Shown: positions 1 to 11,334, counted from the first letter of the stretch. The stretch: 64,000 bases of DNA from Paraphysomonas bandaiensis (GCA_965644295.1 CBFFRP010000190.1:1-64000); one strand, 5' to 3'. The notes: generated from the sequence alone by a model not told the origin. Program-made: numbers and translations.

Positions 1-3000
1 ACATTATTTGCTAAGGTTTACTATTCTCAACTGATAAGATGAAATTATAAACATTACATGATAAAGAACCTAAGTTGTGTTCGATGTGTTCAACACCATT
101 CATTTACTACTATAGTGTACAAACCACACACTCAGTGATCGTATCCTGTATAGTCATCCACTTCTACTTCAGTTTCATACTACATAATATAATGTACTAA
201 TTACATATATATCTTTCGATCCTTGCATCTCACATAATACTGCACTCAATTGCAAGTATATAGAATCTTCAGATCTCAACACTCCCCCTCAATTGAGTGT
301 TGTACTATGACGCCTCCCAGCTATTGAATGCCTGAGATAAAAAAATTCTTGACAGTAAAATAGACTCATCTCTAAGTCTAAACCTCTGTCTAAAAAACTC
401 AGTACCTACTTGCGCCTTCTTTTATCCCTTGGTCCCTCATTAATCACTTCAGTGGAACTCTTAACTTTCTCTCCAAGATTTCTCTTTCTCTGCTCCATAT
501 ATGATAAACCAACCAATGACTTTGTATAAATATCTGCTGCTTGTTGCGATGTATGCACATGCACTAACTTAATCGTATTGAACTGATTGGGATCCACGTG
601 CTCTCTCACCATGTGATACTTAATCTCAATGTGCTTCGACTTCTTGTGAAACACTGGGTTTTCGGCCAAATCCTGGGCACTCTGACTGTCGATGAAGAAT
701 GGTGTGGGTTTGATGAGCCTCAACTTAATCTCACCCGTCACCCCCCGAACCCATAGCACTTCTTGGAGACCCGAGTAAATACACTGATACTCAGACTGCA
801 TGCTTGACGTTGCCACTGTCGTCTGCAGTTTGGACTGCCAGACTATAGGCCCTCCCGCTGCAAACCCAACGTACCCCGACGTGGACTTCCTGGAGAGCTG
901 ATCTCCCGCCCAATCCGCGTCAGTAAACATATGGAAGTCGAACCGTCTACTCCCATATTGAATCCCTTTGTCAATAGAACCACGAATATATTGCCATACA
1001 TGTGTTAATAGCTTGCATACTTCAATATTCACCTTATTACTGAACCGAGACAGTACTCCCACTGCATAGGCAATATCCGGCCTCGTGTTCATCGATAGAT
1101 ATAGTAATGCACCTATCAGCGGCCGATATGGGAAGTTATCTACTATAAGCTGTTCCTCCTCGGTATGCTCATGCCGCGCCCCTTTTGCCACTAAATCCAT
1201 TGCTTCCGCCGGTAGAGGACTCTTCCGTACCTTTCGCGGTGGCCCAAGATACTTTTCAAACTTTTCTAAGATCTTAGCCGCATATACTGATTGGTCAAGA
1301 CGAATATACTCTGGCGTTCTTGTGACTCGAACATTCAGAAAATGTTCCATCTCGCCCATATCCTTCATATCAAACCGGGCACACAGTTGAGCTTTAATAT
1401 CCTTCACTATGTTGACATCACGACCTAACACTAGGATATCATCCACATATATCGTTAATAATATCAATTCATCGCCCTTATACTGATAATACAAACACGG
1501 GTCTAATACACATGGTTTAAAATGCATAGATCGTATGAATTTATCCAATGTTTTCCACCACGACCGCGGGGAACTCCGAAGCCCGTATAACGACTTCTTC
1601 AACTTAAAGCAGTACCCCTCAGGCAGCTGAAAGTCCGGAGTTGCCTTCATATATACGTCCCCCTCTATATCTGCATATAGAAATGCGTTAGACACATCCA
1701 GTTGATGAATTACCATGTTCATCACGAAAGCTATGGCGATTAACAGTCGCACTGTTACCCCCTTAACAACGGGTGCGAAATGGTTCGCCCAACCACTCGA
1801 CTGCTGTCCACAACCGATTGCTACAAGACGAGCCTTATATCGGCGGACCTCTCCCTCCTTATCGTACTTCTTTCCATAGACGTACTTGGAGTGCAGTGGG
1901 ACGACTCCGTCCGGTATACGAGTCACCTCCATGGTATCTCGCTTCGCCAAACCCTCTCGCTCTACACGGCGAGCTCGTCTCCACTCCCTGTGCTCGGCAC
2001 TCTCCAAGGACTCACGATGTGTCTGAGGCACTGTCGACTCTTCCGCTGACATCCACACTGAGTCTGCCTCCTGTAAAAGGTCACTCACATCACTCTCATC
2101 ACTCAAATGATGGATTTGTCCTAACACCGACACATTCGTTACCGTCCTTGGAGTTCTTGCGCGTTTGCCGTGCGGATGATTCTCGGCAGGGGTCCCTTCC
2201 CCCGAAGGTAATGCTGAGTCAGCCTGGGGCTGCACCTGCCCACTTTCCGACTGCTGTGGCACCACTCCGCTGATACCGCCGTCACGGTTGTCAGTAACTC
2301 TGGCCCTAACCACCCTCTGCGCAAGATCCTCTGTCATCTTCTTGATGTCAGCAATATGAATAGGAGTTTTATCCTCCACTTGAACCTGGTTACCAGTAAC
2401 CAACGACCGGTATCCCACAATAAGTCCCTTCCTTATCACCACTCTGTTAGTCTTGTATAGCAGACCACCATCCTCATGGTGCTTTCCGATAAGATACTCA
2501 AACTCACCCGGTTGACGAGCCTCGGGATCTATAGCCACTTGAGCCTCCTCCAGCTCTCTATAATAATCCTGAGACCTCTCAGGTACCGATTCATCAAATA
2601 ATACATGTACAGAGTGTACTACGGTGTCCCCCACTAGCACCTTGTATCCTTTTCGATCAGCTGGATACCCTATGAAATAACCTGTCATTGCTTTGTCCTC
2701 CCAGTCCTTCCTCCTGTCGGCCTTGGGTGTTAGCACATATGCTTTGCACCCCCATTTCCGTAGCCACGATAGGCTGGGAACGCTCCCCCCTGGGACACAC
2801 TCATATGGAGACATCCATCCTTGCCACGTCCGAGTTGGCATTCGTCGCACAATGTAACATGCAGTTTGATAAGCATCAAACCAGAACGACTTTGGAAGTC
2901 CAGATGCCGTCAACATCGTCAGTGTCATCTCCCCAATTGTTCGGAATTTCCTCTCAGACACCGCGTTGAGCTCTGGCGTGTCTCGTGTTGTATGTGACAC

Positions 3001-5281
3001 CCGAGTCCCATATCGCTGCAACAGATACTCTCTTATCTGCTGACTAATAAGTTCGGATCCTCCATCGGCATGATACTCCACTATACGGTTCCACCCCTCG
3101 TACTTCACTAAGTGGACCTCGCACAAGTGTCGTAGACATTTGAACACCTCCTCTCCGCTTCGAGTCCTCAATCCATATTCCCATATCATCTTTGTTGCTA
3201 AGTCCGTAAATAGGAGCACGTACTTATACCCTTGTCTGGATTCACAATTGAGATAGACGGAGATGTCCGCTGTTACTCTTTCCAGGAACCTGACTGCGCT
3301 TAGCTCTTCGTTGTCCCGTGATTTGAACGAATGCCTGGTTATCTTCGCCTTGGCACACCATTTACACAGGGGTTTCTTGCAACTCTTCTCCTTTGCCTTC
3401 GAAAGGTGATGTCGTTGTAGTCCTGATCCTCTGAATAACATGTGTCGGTGAGCTTCTATTAACTTCGATTTCGAGACATGTCCAGTACGCTCATGTAAGC
3501 GATCCAACGCATCTTGTCCTGTATTATCCGACAAATTTACCTCCTCTATCTGATTGCACATAGACACATTTGGCAGATTTAACACCTCCATCAAGTCCAC
3601 ATACGGCATCCCTCCATGCTCATCGTACTCTCCAGTCAACACCTCGTTTCCAGAGTCCAATTCCACGATTTTAGGCTTTCGAAGCAGTTGTAATCCGTAT
3701 CCCATTGATCTCAGCATCCCTCCTGACACAATGTTCTTCACCGCTTCTTCACTAACTCTGATGTCTCTCCATTCCCCGAATGTACCAGTTCCCTGTGTCT
3801 CCAATTGAGAACCCTTTCTAGTTAGTTGGATTGCCCCAAACTCAGGAGTAAATGACTCCAGTGCAATTTTATCCTTTACTATAAACAGTCTTTTACTTGC
3901 ACAACTGTCCAGATATACACGAGGTTCTTCCGACGTATCCACCGATAGCAAAACCTCTTCTCCAAACAAATTCGCTTCATCATCCGACGACTCTCCGTCG
4001 TTGACGTATTTCTTCCATTCTGTCTCGAATTTCCTGTTCGATTTTCGAGGATTCTCATTATCCGGGTTTTTTATGTTCTTCCGTTTTTTCGACTTGCACT
4101 GTCGGGCTTTGTGACTAAAATCTCCACAGATATGACAACCAGTATAATCCTTTGATCCTGGCTGCTGCACACTCTTCGAAGCCTTTTCCTTTGTCTTCCC
4201 TTTTCTTTTGAACTTGTCCATTTTTCTTTGTCGTTCCTTAGCATAACAATTCGCTGCTACATGTCCCTTCTTCCGACAAAATGAACAAACCACTGGCTCC
4301 TTCGACGCCGTAAAATTGATCTCTTCAGATTTGTCTCCCTTTAGTTTCTTCAGCTGCGTCATAGCCTCGTCATACTCTTCACAAGCCTCTTTCACCGAAT
4401 CAAATGTAGTTGTTGCTTTAGGCATCATCGCTACCGACATCCATAAATCATGTAATTCCTCTATCTGCAGCGCTGCTTTTATCTTTGCTAATTTACTTGC
4501 CTCTGTCTGCGGTTGTCCCAATTTTATGAGCTTCTGGATTATACCGTTCAGTCGATCTACCCCAACAGACACCTTTTCCCCCGGCCTTATTTTGAACGAA
4601 TGGTATTCTGCCGTAGTCTTCTCCAATACAGTCCCAATCTCGCCTCTGAACCTATCAACCAGTGTCTGAAGGAGCTCACTGGATAACACCTCCTTAGCAG
4701 GATCATCAGCAGGTAAAATTGCCTTCCCCTCCAAATATTGATTGGCTACCTCCAACACATCAGGGTCATGCTCGCAAGCCTCCCAAATAGTACTAACACA
4801 GGTATCATTACGCTCTCTCCATGACTCTAAATTCCTTCCTCCGGCTGGCGGGTCCTCCAAGCCAAGATGGTTTCGGTTTTTCTTCATTAGATGCATCTTG
4901 ATTTTTCTCGCTGAATAGTCTGATTGGTTCTTGTCAAACCGTAGCTTCTTGTCATCTTCCCCATCCCTACAACTATCACTCGCTACCACAACAGAAGTTG
5001 ACATTATTTGCTAAGGTTTTCTATTCTCAACTGATAAGATGAAATTATAAACATTACATGATAAAGAACCTAAGTTGTGTTCGATGTGTTCAACACCATT
5101 CATTTACTACTATAGTGTACAAACCACCCACTCAGTGATCGTATCCTGTATAGTCATCCACTTCTACTTCAGTTTCATACTACATAATATAATGTACTAA
5201 TTACATATATATCTTTCGATCCTTGCATCTCACATAATACTGCACTCAATTGCAAGTATATAGAATCTTCAGATCTCAACA
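1..5281 (-). mobile_element. Ty1/copia LTR retrotransposon, family A copy 1; 3' LTR clipped by ~12 nt at the window edge
   Basis: Direct repeats at 1-281 and 4989-5281. PPT GAGGGGGAG at 282-290. PBS TGGTAGCGAGTG at 4977-4988. Single gag-PR-IN-RT-RH ORF in copia domain order. Confidence 0.97.
406..5004 (-). CDS. Intact copia Gag-Pol polyprotein (1532 aa)
   Basis: Two CCHC knuckles (CSFCRKKGHVAANC, CHICGDFSHKARQC), protease YLDSCAS, HHCC (HERTGH..CKWC), DDE (ADIS/HADGG/VSER), RKGY, RT (YKARLVA, QLDVSNAFL, SLYGL, YVDD), RNase H (TDADWAG, KHIEIKYH, ADIYTK). Confidence 0.97.
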   Translation of the reverse strand: MSTSVVVASDSCRDGEDDKKLRFDKNQSDYSARKIKMHLMKKNRNHLGLEDPPAGGRNLESWRERNDTCVSTIWEACEHDPDVLEVANQYLEGKAILPADDPAKEVLSSELLQTLVDRFRGEIGTVLEKTTAEYHSFKIRPGEKVSVGVDRLNGIIQKLIKLGQPQTEASKLAKIKAALQIEELHDLWMSVAMMPKATTTFDSVKEACEEYDEAMTQLKKLKGDKSEEINFTASKEPVVCSFCRKKGHVAANCYAKERQRKMDKFKRKGKTKEKASKSVQQPGSKDYTGCHICGDFSHKARQCKSKKRKNIKNPDNENPRKSNRKFETEWKKYVNDGESSDDEANLFGEEVLLSVDTSEEPRVYLDSCASKRLFIVKDKIALESFTPEFGAIQLTRKGSQLETQGTGTFGEWRDIRVSEEAVKNIVSGGMLRSMGYGLQLLRKPKIVELDSGNEVLTGEYDEHGGMPYVDLMEVLNLPNVSMCNQIEEVNLSDNTGQDALDRLHERTGHVSKSKLIEAHRHMLFRGSGLQRHHLSKAKEKSCKKPLCKWCAKAKITRHSFKSRDNEELSAVRFLERVTADISVYLNCESRQGYKYVLLFTDLATKMIWEYGLRTRSGEEVFKCLRHLCEVHLVKYEGWNRIVEYHADGGSELISQQIREYLLQRYGTRVSHTTRDTPELNAVSERKFRTIGEMTLTMLTASGLPKSFWFDAYQTACYIVRRMPTRTWQGWMSPYECVPGGSVPSLSWLRKWGCKAYVLTPKADRRKDWEDKAMTGYFIGYPADRKGYKVLVGDTVVHSVHVLFDESVPERSQDYYRELEEAQVAIDPEARQPGEFEYLIGKHHEDGGLLYKTNRVVIRKGLIVGYRSLVTGNQVQVEDKTPIHIADIKKMTEDLAQRVVRARVTDNRDGGISGVVPQQSESGQVQPQADSALPSGEGTPAENHPHGKRARTPRTVTNVSVLGQIHHLSDESDVSDLLQEADSVWMSAEESTVPQTHRESLESAEHREWRRARRVEREGLAKRDTMEVTRIPDGVVPLHSKYVYGKKYDKEGEVRRYKARLVAIGCGQQSSGWANHFAPVVKGVTVRLLIAIAFVMNMVIHQLDVSNAFLYADIEGDVYMKATPDFQLPEGYCFKLKKSLYGLRSSPRSWWKTLDKFIRSMHFKPCVLDPCLYYQYKGDELILLTIYVDDILVLGRDVNIVKDIKAQLCARFDMKDMGEMEHFLNVRVTRTPEYIRLDQSVYAAKILEKFEKYLGPPRKVRKSPLPAEAMDLVAKGARHEHTEEEQLIVDNFPYRPLIGALLYLSMNTRPDIAYAVGVLSRFSNKVNIEVCKLLTHVWQYIRGSIDKGIQYGSRRFDFHMFTDADWAGDQLSRKSTSGYVGFAAGGPIVWQSKLQTTVATSSMQSEYQCIYSGLQEVLWVRGVTGEIKLRLIKPTPFFIDSQSAQDLAENPVFHKKSKHIEIKYHMVREHVDPNQFNTIKLVHVHTSQQAADIYTKSLVGLSYMEQRKRNLGEKVKSSTEVINEGPRDKRRRK

Positions 5282-5564
5282 AGTATGGGGCAGGTTGTTT
5301 GCCTTTGTCCTCCGTGTCTTGAGCGTACGTATGCCAGCATTGTAGAGGGGGAGGAGAAGCTTGACTCTTTGCTTTTCTAGTGTGTAGAATTTTCGCTCCT
5401 TTAGTGCAGTTCAGATGTTATGCTCTAAGACATCAGCCACCAGTAGAGTAGGCATCTCCGGTTAGAGTTGCGCTGACATGTATTCTGGTAAGACGATGGT
5501 GGAGTCATTCCCTAAACCTTTTACTAATAGTTTATCGGTACTTATTAAATATCATCGCCAGCCC

Positions 5565-5745
5565 CTCAACAAAGTCGGACTCGCACCTTTTCGTGGTGTT
5601 CTGGGAGATAAGTACCGGAGAGATTCTCTCTGGGAAACTAACGTGAGCCGCAGCAGAGTCAGCAAATATTCTTCTGCCCACTCATAGCCGAATGCTTGTG
5701 TGGTACAAGGGACACCAATAAGTGCCACCTGTGTAGACGTCTTTG
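5565..5745. repeat. Dispersed repeat X copy 1, left part (continues at 11041-11334 after the copia A2 insertion)
   Basis: Blocks CTCAACAAAGTCGGACTCGC, TTTTCGTGGTGTTCTGGGAGATAA and CTCATAGCC..TGCTTGTGTGGTACAAGG are shared with 19105-19261 and 35859-35990. Confidence 0.85.
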
Positions 5746-8700
5746 TAACAGAAGTTGACATTATTTGCTAAGGTTTACTATTCTCAACTGATAAGATGAA
5801 ATTATAAACATTACATGATAAAGAACCTAAGTTGTGTTCGATGTGTTCAACACCATTCATTTACTACTATAGTGTACAACCACACACTCAGTCATCGTAT
5901 CCTGTATAGTCATCCACTTCTACTTCAGTTTCATACTACATAATATAATGTACTAATTACATATATATCTTTCGATCCTTGCATCTCACATAATACTGCA
6001 CTCAATTGCAAGTATATAGAATCTTCAGATCTCAACACTCCCCCTCAATTGAGTGTTGTACTATGACGCCTCCCAGCTATTGAATGCCTGAGATAAAAAA
6101 ATTCTTGACAGTAAAATAGACTCATCTCTAAGTCTAAACCTCTGTCTAAAAAACTCAGTACCTACTTGCGCCTTCTTTTATCCCTTGGTCCCTCATTAAT
6201 CACTTCAGTGGAACTCTTAACTTTCTCTCCAAGATTTCTCTTTCTCTGCTCCATATATGATAAACCAACCAATGACTTTGTATAAATATCTGCTGCTTGT
6301 TGCGATGTATGCACATGCACTAACTTAATCGTATTGAACTGATTGGGATCCACGTGCTCTCTCACCATGTGATACTTAATCTCAATGTGCTTCGACTTCT
6401 TGTGAAACACTGGGTTTTCGGCCAAATCCTGGGCACTCTGACTGTCGATGAAGAATGGTGTGGGTTTGATGAGCCTCAACTTAATCTCACCCGTCACCCC
6501 CCGAACCCATAGCACTTCTTGGAGACCCGAGTAAATACACTGATACTCAGACTGCATGCTTGACGTTGCCACTGTCGTCTGCAGTTTGGACTGCCAGACT
6601 ATAGGCCCTCCCGCTGCAAACCCAACGTACCCCGACGTGGACTTCCTGGAGAGCTGATCTCCCGCCCAATCCGCGTCAGTAAACATATGGAAGTCGAACC
6701 GTCTACTCCCATATTGAATCCCTTTGTCAATAGAACCACGAATATATTGCCATACATGTGTTAATAGCTTGCATACTTCAATATTCACCTTATTACTGAA
6801 CCGAGACAGTACTCCCACTGCATAGGCAATATCCGGCCTCGTGTTCATCGATAGATATAGTAATGCACCTATCAGCGGCCGATATGGGAAGTTATCTACT
6901 ATAAGCTGTTCCTCCTCGGTATGCTCATGCCGCGCCCCTTTTGCCACTAAATCCATTGCTTCCGCCGGTAGAGGACTCTTCCGTACCTTTCGCGGTGGCC
7001 CAAGATACTTTTCAAACTTTTCTAAGATCTTAGCCGCATATACTGATTGGTCAAGACGAATATACTCTGGCGTTCTTGTGACTCGAACATTCAGAAAATG
7101 TTCCATCTCGCCCATATCCTTCATATCAAACCGGGCACACAGTTGAGCTTTAATATCCTTCACTATGTTGACATCACGACCTAACACTAGGATATCATCC
7201 ACATATATCGTTAATAATATCAATTCATCGCCCTTATACTGATAATACAAACACGGGTCTAATACACATGGTTTAAAATGCATAGATCGTATGAATTTAT
7301 CCAATGTTTTCCACCACGACCGCGGGGAACTCCGAAGCCCGTATAACGACTTCTTCAACTTAAAGCAGTACCCCTCAGGCAGCTGAAAGTCCGGAGTTGC
7401 CTTCATATATACATCCCCCTCTATATCTGCATATAGAAATGCGTTAGACACATCCAGTTGATGAATTACCATGTTCATCACGAAAGCTATGGCGATTAAC
7501 AGTCGCACTGTTACCCCCTTAACAACGGGTGCGAAATGGTTCGCCCAACCACTCGACTGCTGTCCACAACCGATTGCTACAAGACGAGCCTTATATCGGC
7601 GGACCTCTCCCTCCTTATCGTACTTCTTTCCATAGACGTACTTGGAGTGCAGTGGGACGACTCCGTCCGGTATACGAGTCACCTCCATGGTATCTCGCTT
7701 CGCCAAACCCTCTCGCTCTACACGGCGAGCTCGTCTCCACTCCCTGTGCTCGGCACTCTCCAAGGACTCACGATGTGTCTGAGGCACTGTCGACTCTTCC
7801 GCTGACATCCACACTGAGTCTGCCTCCTGTAAAAGGTCACTCACATCACTCTCATCACTCAAATGATGGATTTGTCCTAACACCGACACATTCGTTACCG
7901 TCCTTGGAGTTCTTGCGCGTTTGCCGTGCGGATGATTCTCGGCAGGGGTCCCTTCCCCCGAAGGTAATGCTGAGTCAGCCTGGGGCTGCACCTGCCCACT
8001 TTCCGACTGCTGTGGCACCACTCCGCTGATACCGCCGTCACGGTTGTCAGTAACTCTGGCCCTAACCACCCTCTGCGCAAGATCCTCTGTCATCTTCTTG
8101 ATGTCAGCAATATGAATAGGAGTTTTATCCTCCACTTGAACCTGGTTACCAGTAACCAACGACCGGTATCCCACAATAAGTCCCTTCCTTATCACCACTC
8201 TGTTAGTCTTGTATAGCAGACCACCATCCTCATGGTGCTTTCCGATAAGATACTCAAACTCACCCGGTTGACGAGCCTCGGGATCTATAGCCACTTGAGC
8301 CTCCTCCAGCTCTCTATAATAATCCTGAGACCTCTCAGGTACCGATTCATCAAATAATACATGTACAGAGTGTACTACGGTGTCCCCCACTAGCACCTTG
8401 TATCCTTTTCGATCAGCTGGATACCCTATGAAATAACCTGTCATTGCTTTGTCCTCCCAGTCCTTCCTCCTGTCGGCCTTGGGTGTTAGCACATATGCTT
8501 TGCACCCCCATTTCCGTAGCCACGATAGGCTGGGAACGCTCCCCCTGGGACACACTCATATGGAGACATCCATCCTTGCCACGTCCGAGTTGGCATTCGT
8601 CGCACAATGTAACATGCAGTTTGATAAGCATCAGACCAGAACGACTTTGGAAGTCCAGATGCCGTCAACATCGTCAGTGTCATCTCCCCAATTGTTCGGA

Positions 8701-11035
8701 ATTTCCTCTCAGACACCGCGTTGAGCTCTGGCGTGTCTCGTGTTGTATGTGACACCCGAGTCCCATATCGCTGCAACAGATACTCTCTTATCTGCTGACT
8801 AATAAGTTCGGATCCTCCATCGGCATGATACTCCACTATACGGTTCCACCCCTCGTACTTCACTAAGTGGACCTCGCACAAGTGTCGTAGACATTTGAAC
8901 ACCTCCTCTCCGCTTCGAGTCCTCAATCCATATTCCCATATCATCTTTGTTGCTAAGTCCGTAAATAGGAGCACGTACTTATACCCTTGTCTGGATTCAC
9001 AATTGAGATAGACGGAGATGTCCGCTGTTACTCTTTCCAGGAACCTGACTGCGCTTAGCTCTTCGTTGTCCCGTGATTTGAACGAATGCCTGGTTATCTT
9101 CGCCTTGGCACACCATTTACACAGGGGTTTCTTGCAACTCTTCTCCTTTGCCTTCGAAAGGTGATGTCGTTGTAGTCCTGATCCTCTGAATAACATGTGT
9201 CGGTGAGCTTCTAATAACTTCGATTTCGAGACATGTCCAGTACGCTCATGTAAGCGATCCAACGCATCTTGTCCTGTATTATCCGACAAATTTACCTCCT
9301 CCATCTGATTGCACATAGACACATTTGGCAGATTTAACACCTCCATCAAGTCCACATACGGCATCCCTCCATGCTCATCGTACTCTCCAGTCAACACCTC
9401 GTTTCCAGAGTCCAATTCCACGATTTTAGGCTTTCGAAGCAGTTGTAATCCGTATCCCATTGATCTCAGCATCCCTCCTGACACAATGTTCTTCACCGCT
9501 TCTTCACTAACTCTGATGTCTCTCCATTCCCCGAATGTACCAGCCCCCTGTGTCTCCAATTGAGAACCCTTTCTAGTTAGTTGGATTGCCCCAAACTCAG
9601 GAGTAAATGACTCCAGTGCAATTTTATCCTTTACTATAAACAGTCTTTTACTTGCACAACTGTCCAGATATACACGAGGTTCTTCCGACGTATCCACCGA
9701 TAGCAAAACCTCTTCTCCAAACATATTCGCTTCATCATCCGACGACTCTCCGTCGTTGACGTATTTCTTCCATTCTGTCTCGAATTTCCTGTTCGATTTT
9801 CGAGGATTCTCATTATCCGGGTTTTTTATGTTCTTCCGTTTTTTCGACTTGCACTGTCGGGCTTTATGACTAAAATCTCCACAGATATGACAACCAGTAT
9901 AATCCTTTGATCCTGGCTGCTGCACACTCTTCGAAGCCTTTTCCTTTGTCTTCCCTTTTCTTTTGAACTTATCCATTTTTCTTTGTCGTTCCTTAGCATA
10001 ACAATTCGCTGCTACATGTCCCTTCTTCCGACAAAATGAACAAACCACTGGCTCCTTCGACGCCGTAAAATTGATCTCTTCAGATTTGTCTCCCTTTAGT
10101 TTCTTCAGCTGCGTCATAGCCTCGTCATACTCTTCACAAGCCTCTTTCACCGAATCAAATGTAGTTGTTGCTTTAGGCATCATCGCTACCGACATCCATA
10201 AATCATGTAATTCCTCTATCTGCAGCGCTGCTTTTATCTTTGCTAATTTACTTGCCTCTGTCTGCGGTTGTCCCAATTTTATGAGCTTCTGGATTATACC
10301 GTTCAGTCGATCTACCCCAACAGACACCTTTTCCCCCGGCCTTATTTTGAACGAATGGTATTCTGCCGTAGTCTTCTCCAATACAGTCCCAATCTCGCCT
10401 CTGAACCTATCAACCAGTGTCTGAAGGAGCTCACTGGATAACACCTCCTTAGCAGGATCATCAGCAGGTAAAATTGCCTTCCCCTCCAAATATTGATTGG
10501 CTACCTCCAACACATCAGGGTCATGCTCGCAAGCCTCCCAAATAGTACTAACACAGGTATCATTACGCTCTCTCCATGACTCTAAATTCCTTCCTCCGGC
10601 TGGCGGGTCCTCCAAGCCAAGATGGTTTCGGTTTTTCTTCATTAGATGCATCTTGATTTTTCTCGCTGAATAGTCTGCTTGGTTCTTGTCAAACCGTAGC
10701 TTCTTGTCATCTTCCCCATCCCTACAACTAGCATTCGCTACCATAACAGAAGTTGACATTATTTGCTAAGGTTTACTATTCTCAACTGATAAGATGAAAT
10801 TATAAACATTACATGATAAAGAACCTAAGTTGTGTTCGATGTGTTCAACACCATTCATTTACTACTATAGTGTACAACCACACACTCAGTCATCGTATCC
10901 TGTATAGTCATCCACTTCTACTTCAGTTTCATACTACATAATATAATGTACTAATTACATATATATCTTTCGATCCTTGCATCTCACATAATACTGCACT
11001 CAATTGCAAGTATATAGAATCTTCAGATCTCAACA
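5746..11035 (-). mobile_element. Ty1/copia LTR retrotransposon, family A copy 2 (full length)
   Basis: Apparently identical 292-bp LTRs (5746-6037, 10744-11035). 5-bp TSD CTTTG (5741-5745, 11036-11040). PPT at 6038-6046, PBS at 10732-10743. Confidence 0.97.
6162..10759 (-). pseudogene. Copia Gag-Pol of copy A2, split by a 1-nt deletion at ~8541 (may be a homopolymer sequencing error)
   Basis: ORFs 8486-10759 and 6162-8555 together match the 1532-aa ORF of copy 1. The run is C5 here and C6 at 2785-2790. Confidence 0.85.
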
Positions 11036-11040
11036 CTTTG

Positions 11041-11334
11041 GGCCCTGACGAATAAACCGACATCCGGAAATAGGCCCACCTGAAGGGTAACCGGGGTATT
11101 GGGCTGCCTGCTGAAGTAAAGCATCCAGGATGTTCACCTTAAAGACTCAGAACGGAAGTGGTTGCACCTTGGTGCTTGCGGCGACGCACAAGCAGCTTTC
11201 GTAGCGTTAAATAGTGGGATAATAGAGTTTGTACTGATTAGTTACAGGTAGAGGTCTAACTAGGTTGACTAGCATTCATCTAGCTACTAAGTTGGTGCAG
11301 GTTTTTAACGCCTGTTGCTAAATAAAAGACTTTC
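11041..11334. repeat. Dispersed repeat X copy 1, right part
   Basis: ACGAATAAAC, GCACCTTGGTGCTTG and TTTCGTAGCGTTAAATA are shared with 24730-25045. TTTCGTAG..TTAAATAG and TTGCTAA..AAGAC.TTCA are shared with 36095-36204. Confidence 0.8.

Noticed and set aside
1085-4669. Plus-strand ORFs inside the copia elements (and their duplicates in A2)
   Set aside because: Antisense to gag-pol with no recognisable motifs; identity between copies only reflects element identity.
5282-5745. LINE-like coding remnant on the minus strand (LLLPLYNAGIRTL)
   Set aside because: Contains stops and no diagnostic RT or endonuclease motif; too weak to call.
8535-8550. Programmed frameshift in copia A2
   Set aside because: The sister copy is in frame. 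This indel and those at 19817, 24288 and 63227 all lie in homopolymers, which suggests sequencing or replication slippage.
1-11035. A1/A2 as a tandem array or mis-assembled duplication
   Set aside because: They do not share an LTR, are separated by 464 bp of other DNA, A2 has its own TSD, and each LTR pair has private variants.
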